Source of the DNA: Azolla caroliniana
Taxonomy: Eukaryota; Plantae; Polypodiophyta
DNA length: 64,000 nt
Direction: 5' to 3'
Assembly (NCBI GenBank): GCA_043228905.1
Contig: JBHGNT010000003.1
Coordinates: 2,232,001-2,296,000 of the forward strand
Under the pieces are notes generated by a model, which worked only from the letters and a program-made list of their open reading frames with translations, had not been told where the DNA came from and did no database searches. The position numbers and the translations under genes were made by a program. Every line of letters starts with the position of its first letter. Positions within the stretch are counted from its first letter, which is position 1. Shown one piece after another: positions 63,082 to 64,000 of this stretch.

Positions 63082-63368
<287 letters not shown>

Positions 63369-63566
63369 TTACATCTCTCTCAATCATGTAATCTCAACTT
63401 CTCTCAATCAATCTCTCTCAATCATGTAATCTCAACTTCTCTCTTTCCCAATCTATCTTAAGTACTTTCTCGCCAAAGCTTGTATCGACTCTAAATCCTT
63501 CTGGTCCAGAACCCAGGCGGTTCCGCCTCACGATCCGCGCGTAGTGACGGATCTTCACGACAACGT

Positions 63567-63756
63567 CTCTTTCAAGCATCATTTTTTACGAGACTTAATT
63601 GAAGAGAAGAAGCTAGATTTGAAGTATGCGTCTACAACACTAATGTGGGTCGATTTTCAAACAAAGCCAGTACCTCAAACAAAGCTTGTCGCTTGTTGTC
63701 GAAAGATTGGTCTTACAATGCCAAACTATTCTTCGAACGACAATACTTTTGAATAA
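63567..63756 (+). pseudogene. Copia RNase H C-terminus
   Basis: SFKHHFLRDLIE..L.Y.ST..M.VDFQTKP, followed by the PPT. Confidence 0.85.
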
Positions 63757-63780
63757 AATAATATTTAGCTTAAGGGGGGG

Positions 63781-64000
63781 GGCGGAAATATTTAATCTAA
63801 ATATTATATTATTAATATTACTATTATTATTATTAAAATAAGTAATTACGAAGAGTTATTTACAATTACACTTTAGAGAAAACTGTTCATTGAAGAGACA
63901 TAACTTTTTGTCCATCGGCTCTACAAACAAGCCATTTGGCTAATGTAACATCATACAATTAATATAGAACAAATTATGTATGTGTGATCTCTCTCTCTGT
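63781..64000 (+). repeat. Copia 3' LTR (partial)
   Basis: Matches 45497-45717 with several substitutions. Confidence 0.92.

Overview
Land-plant nuclear DNA, AT-rich and repeat-rich; a non-seed plant such as a fern is only an inference from the retroelement types. Positions ~1.6-45.5 kb hold a tandem cluster of nine intronless DUF247 (UPF0481, PF03140-like) loci. Four are intact with a C-terminal transmembrane helix, two are open but anchor-less, and three are disrupted; smaller remnants also occur. The cluster is interrupted by a complete chromovirus-type Ty3/gypsy element (12467-17698, AATAT TSD, TG..TA LTR ends), LINE zf-RVT fragments and a P450 fragment. From 45497 to the window end, a Ty1/copia element is inserted into the last DUF247 locus. 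It carries two nested, related Ty3/gypsy-type LTR elements (50241-53385 and 54201-63562). Both have a tRNA-Trp PBS, 4-bp ACGT-type TSDs and an antisense tRNA-like Pol III A/B-box cassette in their LTRs. One LTR also contains a plastid psbB fragment. All calls come from reading the sequence and ORF track by eye; no searches were run.
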